A stretch of DNA of 64,000 nucleotides from an uncultured Methanolobus sp. (GTDB taxonomy: Archaea; Halobacteriota; Methanosarcinia; Methanosarcinales; Methanosarcinaceae): contig OY776215.1 in the NCBI GenBank assembly GCA_963675495.1, positions 2,720,001 to 2,784,000 on the forward strand, in the 5' to 3' direction. Shown here piece after piece: positions 60,402 through 64,000 of this stretch. Each line of letters starts with the position of its first letter. Within the stretch, counting starts at the first letter, position 1. A model generated the notes under the pieces. It saw nothing but the letters and a program-made list of their open reading frames with translations, was not told the DNA's origin and ran no database searches. The translations under genes were made by a program, and so were the position numbers.

Positions 60402-61919
60402 TTGGTACAAAAGTCTTCCAAATCTCTGATCGTAATGCTTCTTGCATGCAGCATCTTTTGTCTGACTTCCGGGTTCGCATTTGCGAATGACTATGAAATT
60501 ACGCTTTCTGAAGGTGAGGTAGTAGAGATTCAGGATGGTTACTACCTGACTGTAATGGATATTGATACATATGATGAAACGGTAAGATTTGTAGTATCAT
60601 ATTATGACACCATGGTATGGGACAATTATTACCCACGAGGAGAGTATTTTTCTTATCAGGACGATTATTTGGTTCTCCAATTCAAAATTGATGATGTTTA
60701 TTATGATTCTTTTTATGGTTACGATTACTTAGTTCTCTCAGATATCTACATCTATCCTGATTATACTGTTACTTACGATGAAAATGAACATGACTGGCAA
60801 CCTGAGTACTCAACGGACTATTCAGACCACTCCGATACTTCTGCGGAAGATGAGCTATATGATATGCTTGGAATCCTTGCCATAGTTATTGTGGCAGTTT
60901 TTCTGATGCGTAAAATATCAAAGAAAAGCAAAGATAAAAAAGCTCTCAAAAAAGATAAAAAGGAGGCTACCTTTTCTCCTTCATCTGGAAAAGAAAATAC
61001 TTCAAAAACAGCTGGCAATGTCGAAGCTGGAATTGTGAAAACAGCAGCTTCAAAACGTGATCCTGTACTAGTCAAATCAGCTATCCAGTACAAAGGCGCA
61101 AATATTCTTTACAAAATAAAAGTTGAAAACGCGTCTGAAGAGCCCATGGGCGATATAACCATAAGTCTCTTTGTTCCCGAGGTCTTCCATATCAAGGATA
61201 ATCAGAAGACTATGTCTATGCTGCAGTCTGGAGAAGGAAAAACTGTAACTTTCCTGATCAGGCCAACTGGTGAGTGTGGAAATTGTATATTAGCAGGAAA
61301 CATTCGTTATTACGATTACAGCCAGAAAAAGCATGTTCAGTTCGATCTTAGTAATAAAATGGTGGATATAGTCTGTCCTGTACTTAAGATAAAAGAAGTC
61401 GATGAGGCCGAGTGGAGGCTGAAAGTCAGTTCTATGATAATTGCAGAAGAGGATACTAAGGATGTTGAAATTCCGGCTGAGAATCTTTTTGATATGGCCA
61501 CACGCATACTGAAAGATATGAACATGTTTATGATCGCACCTGAGGTAACATCCACACAGCAACTGTTCACCGGTGTGGCAAGGTTCTATGCACATGGTGT
61601 GGCTGGCCTGAAGTATGCTGCATATGTTGAAGTGGTGGGTAAACGTAAATCGAGGCTGATTGTAAAAGCCTGGGCTGAAAAGGAAGAAGCACTTACAGGT
61701 TTCTATCATAAGATCCTTGAAGAGATCGAAAAGAGAACTGATATCAAACTCTTTGTTGATGATTCCGTAACCCAGTACAATATAAGCAACACCACTATAC
61801 AGGATAGTGTGATCCAGCGCTCGAATATTGGCAGCGGTAAAAGAAAGTGTCCTCAATGCGGAAGGGAAGTTGAAGGTAGCGAAAAATTCTGTATCAATTG
61901 TGGCCGGAAGCTTGACTGA
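60402..61919 (+). CDS. Type I membrane protein with acidic ectodomain, cytoplasmic coat-appendage-like domain and zinc ribbon
   Basis: Signal peptide, Y/D-rich ectodomain, TM, Lys-rich linker, DPV...GNIRY...ILKDMNM...FYA region, CPQCG..CINCG; TTG start with AGGTG RBS. Confidence 0.78.
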   Translation: MVQKSSKSLIVMLLACSIFCLTSGFAFANDYEITLSEGEVVEIQDGYYLTVMDIDTYDETVRFVVSYYDTMVWDNYYPRGEYFSYQDDYLVLQFKIDDVYYDSFYGYDYLVLSDIYIYPDYTVTYDENEHDWQPEYSTDYSDHSDTSAEDELYDMLGILAIVIVAVFLMRKISKKSKDKKALKKDKKEATFSPSSGKENTSKTAGNVEAGIVKTAASKRDPVLVKSAIQYKGANILYKIKVENASEEPMGDITISLFVPEVFHIKDNQKTMSMLQSGEGKTVTFLIRPTGECGNCILAGNIRYYDYSQKKHVQFDLSNKMVDIVCPVLKIKEVDEAEWRLKVSSMIIAEEDTKDVEIPAENLFDMATRILKDMNMFMIAPEVTSTQQLFTGVARFYAHGVAGLKYAAYVEVVGKRKSRLIVKAWAEKEEALTGFYHKILEEIEKRTDIKLFVDDSVTQYNISNTTIQDSVIQRSNIGSGKRKCPQCGREVEGSEKFCINCGRKLD

Positions 61920-62104
61920 GGTAGTTAAAGGTAGTGTTTCCTGTTTATATATGGTGGGAATCCTGTATCTCTGTCATTCATTTTTATTTTTGTAATTTTA
62001 ACAGTCAACCATTAACTCTAAATAATATAATACGGAAATAACATTCCTTGCATGCTGATTTAAAGAAAGCATATAATTTTTCGAATCACAATAGGAGGTA
62101 TCGG

Positions 62105-62545
62105 ATGAGACTGGAATTTATGGAGAAAAAATCAAGATTTGATGAATTTGAACAGGAATATCGTCACTCAAAGGCATACCTTCGCAGAGCAAGACAGTTC
62201 CAGAAAGAAGGGCAGAATCACAGTGTTGTATTCAACGTGTCCTCACTTGCGCTTGAACGTTATCTAGTTGCTTTGTGCTACTTGTATGACACGGAACCCT
62301 TTAATCACAATTACGCCAGTCTGATGGATACTGTGGAAAAGATTGTTGAAGTTCCTGTAGAATTGAACAAAGAGATTAGGTCTCTGGATGAGATATTCGG
62401 TATTTGTTCTATTGACGATTATTATCATGGTGAACCTGAGCTATCCGATACTGATAGGATTCTGTCAATGTGCGATTCAGTTGAGGGATTGTTCGATCAG
62501 GAAAAGATATCCTCAATTAGAGATTCTTTAGAGGAATGTGAATGA
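62105..62545 (+). CDS. HEPN-like domain protein
   Basis: AYLRRARQF..VVFNVSSLALERYLVAL..P.NHN pattern; AGGAGG RBS. Confidence 0.6.
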   Translation: MRLEFMEKKSRFDEFEQEYRHSKAYLRRARQFQKEGQNHSVVFNVSSLALERYLVALCYLYDTEPFNHNYASLMDTVEKIVEVPVELNKEIRSLDEIFGICSIDDYYHGEPELSDTDRILSMCDSVEGLFDQEKISSIRDSLEECE

Positions 62546-62686
62546 ACATTTCCTGATATCTCTTTTTTAAGACGCGTTATCTTTTTTGAATAGTACTTAT
62601 TTAGAAATCTATCTTTTTGGCTGCTCTTTAACTTAACAGAATCCTCTGATGGATACTTATTATATAAGGCGTATCAAGGAAGCTTC

Positions 62687-62790
62687 GTTATGTTTTGTCG
62701 GACATAACACTCCAAACATTGCTACTTCGGATGATGTTGTGCTCGAAAGGGCATAACATGCATTCTGCTTTTACTCAAAGCATCTGCTAC
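62687..62790 (+). ncRNA. Candidate structured sRNA
   Basis: TTATATAA box at 62660; GUUAUGUU/GACAUAAC stem; C-UUCG-G; 11-bp stem with GAAA tetraloop (62734-62759); 3' end approximate. Confidence 0.45.
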
Positions 62791-62842
62791 ACATATTATC
62801 TAAAACGATGTAAAAAAAGAAAAAAGAAGTTTGAAGATACAA

Positions 62843-63247
62843 TTAAATTAACTTCTTTCCTGCGTCAGATCCGCTTTTACATTCAAAGACATCTGTTATC
62901 TTCATTTTCATGAGTAATTTTGCAGGGTAGTCACCTTTTGCTTTTACTATCTTGCGCATCTCATCATATTCCTCACCACTGTCTATGGCTTCAATGTCAC
63001 CTTTTACCTGGAAGCATCCGTTGATTCCCGGTCCCCAAACATAGATGGCACCTTTAGGATTTGCCTTGAGGTTTTCCTTTGTCTTGAGGAAGAAATTGTC
63101 AACGATCCATATGGTCTCTGCATCTTCCTGAAGCATGCACATACCAATAGGGATTACGTTTGGTACGCCGTCCTTTGAAGCTGTTGCGAATGGGAATATC
63201 TTCATCTTTGCGAATTCTTCTTTCATCTCATCAGTTAGTTTTACCAT
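62843..63247 (-). CDS. Pyridoxamine 5'-phosphate oxidase family FMN-binding protein
   Basis: ATASKDGVPNV, DNFFLKTKENLKANP and FQVKG motifs. Confidence 0.88.
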   Translation of the reverse strand: MVKLTDEMKEEFAKMKIFPFATASKDGVPNVIPIGMCMLQEDAETIWIVDNFFLKTKENLKANPKGAIYVWGPGINGCFQVKGDIEAIDSGEEYDEMRKIVKAKGDYPAKLLMKMKITDVFECKSGSDAGKKLI

Positions 63248-63390
63248 TTATGTCACCTCTGCATATCAAAATGAATATACGGATAATCTACACATTAATG
63301 AAGCTTAAGCTTTTTCATCATTGCTGTTTCAGCATGATAAAAAGGCTATATGTCAAAGAAAAACTAAAAATGTGAAGTGATAAAAGAAAA

Positions 63391-63984
63391 TCAAAACAAC
63401 TTATCTAAAAAATATTGGTGAACCCTTGTATCATGTGTAAGTTCAGGATGGAAAGCCAGTGCTAAAATATTACTCTGTTCGGCAGTCACTATCATATCGT
63501 CTATTTTGGCAAGGACTGTGACATTATTCCCTGCTTCCACAATTCCTGGTGCTCTGATAAATACTGCATTGTAAGGCTCGTCAAGGAATGGAAGCTCAAG
63601 TTCTATCTCAAAAGAATCACGCTGTCTTCCAAAAGCATTCCTGTTGACCTTTGTATCCATAAGCCCGAGAAGATGCTGGTGCGTTTTTGCTACCTGCTCA
63701 TCGCCTGCTGTTGCAAGCAAGATGAGACCTGCACATGTGCCCATTATTGGTTTGCCAGCTACATTCATGTCGCGTATCTCATCTGCAATACCTTCACGTA
63801 TCAGCAGTTTTCCAAGTGTCGTGCTTTCGCCACCCGGAAGTATGAGTGCATCACATTCAGGGACAATGCCTTTATGTTTGATAGTGACAATCTCGGCTTC
63901 TTCATCACGCTGAGCTAGCGCTCTTTCAAGAGCTTCAACGTGTTCAGAAACATCTCCCTGAATAGCAATAACACCAATTAGCAT
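63391..63984 (-). CDS. pdxT: PLP synthase glutaminase subunit
   Basis: GVIAIQG, PGGESTT, GTCAGLI, RNAFGRQ, FIRAP and FHPEL motifs. Confidence 0.96.
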   Translation of the reverse strand: MLIGVIAIQGDVSEHVEALERALAQRDEEAEIVTIKHKGIVPECDALILPGGESTTLGKLLIREGIADEIRDMNVAGKPIMGTCAGLILLATAGDEQVAKTHQHLLGLMDTKVNRNAFGRQRDSFEIELELPFLDEPYNAVFIRAPGIVEAGNNVTVLAKIDDMIVTAEQSNILALAFHPELTHDTRVHQYFLDKLF

Positions 63985-64000
63985 AAAGATCCCGTTTAAA

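Noticed and set aside
62695-62913. 72-aa ORF
   Set aside because: No RBS, runs through RNA-like hairpins and an A tract, and overlaps the convergent gene
1-64000. CRISPR arrays, tRNA/rRNA genes, transposases, integrases
   Set aside because: No regularly spaced repeats, cloverleaf or rRNA-like segments, or recombinase motifs were seen by eye

Overview
Chromosomal window from a methanogenic archaeon of the family Methanosarcinaceae. A Methanolobus-like organism is inferred from the ACDS operon, Mrp antiporter, PEF-CTERM protein and gene order. Most of the window is housekeeping: gap, IMPase/NAD kinase, homocitrate synthase, cdhABC-cooC-cdhDE, nmd3, tfe, psmB, aCPSF1/FttA, mrpA-G, sua5, SufC/SufB (SmsCB), rpl7ae-rps28e-rpl24e-ndk-infB-rps6e and pdxT. 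Two accessory loci stand out. (1) 52486-61919 is a divergent 8-gene cluster. It encodes a small RHH regulator missed by the ORF track, an Snf7/ESCRT-III-like protein with a MIM1-like tail, an MIT-domain Vps4/CdvC-like AAA ATPase, an SPFH protein, and membrane proteins whose cytoplasmic parts resemble the beta-COP/adaptin appendage (beta-sandwich plus platform). Together these suggest an ESCRT-plus-coat-like membrane-remodelling system in a methanogen. (2) 39125-45178 is a surface-protein operon: a large internally duplicated dockerin protein, a double-cohesin scaffold and a membrane-anchored protein. Smaller signals include an in-frame amber codon joining the IMPase and NAD kinase genes, two candidate sRNAs, an operon of three microproteins, repeated operator-like sites upstream of sufC and a K-turn-like element before rpl7ae. 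No rRNA, tRNA, CRISPR array or transposase was seen. All homology calls are by-eye motif recognition and no database searches were run.
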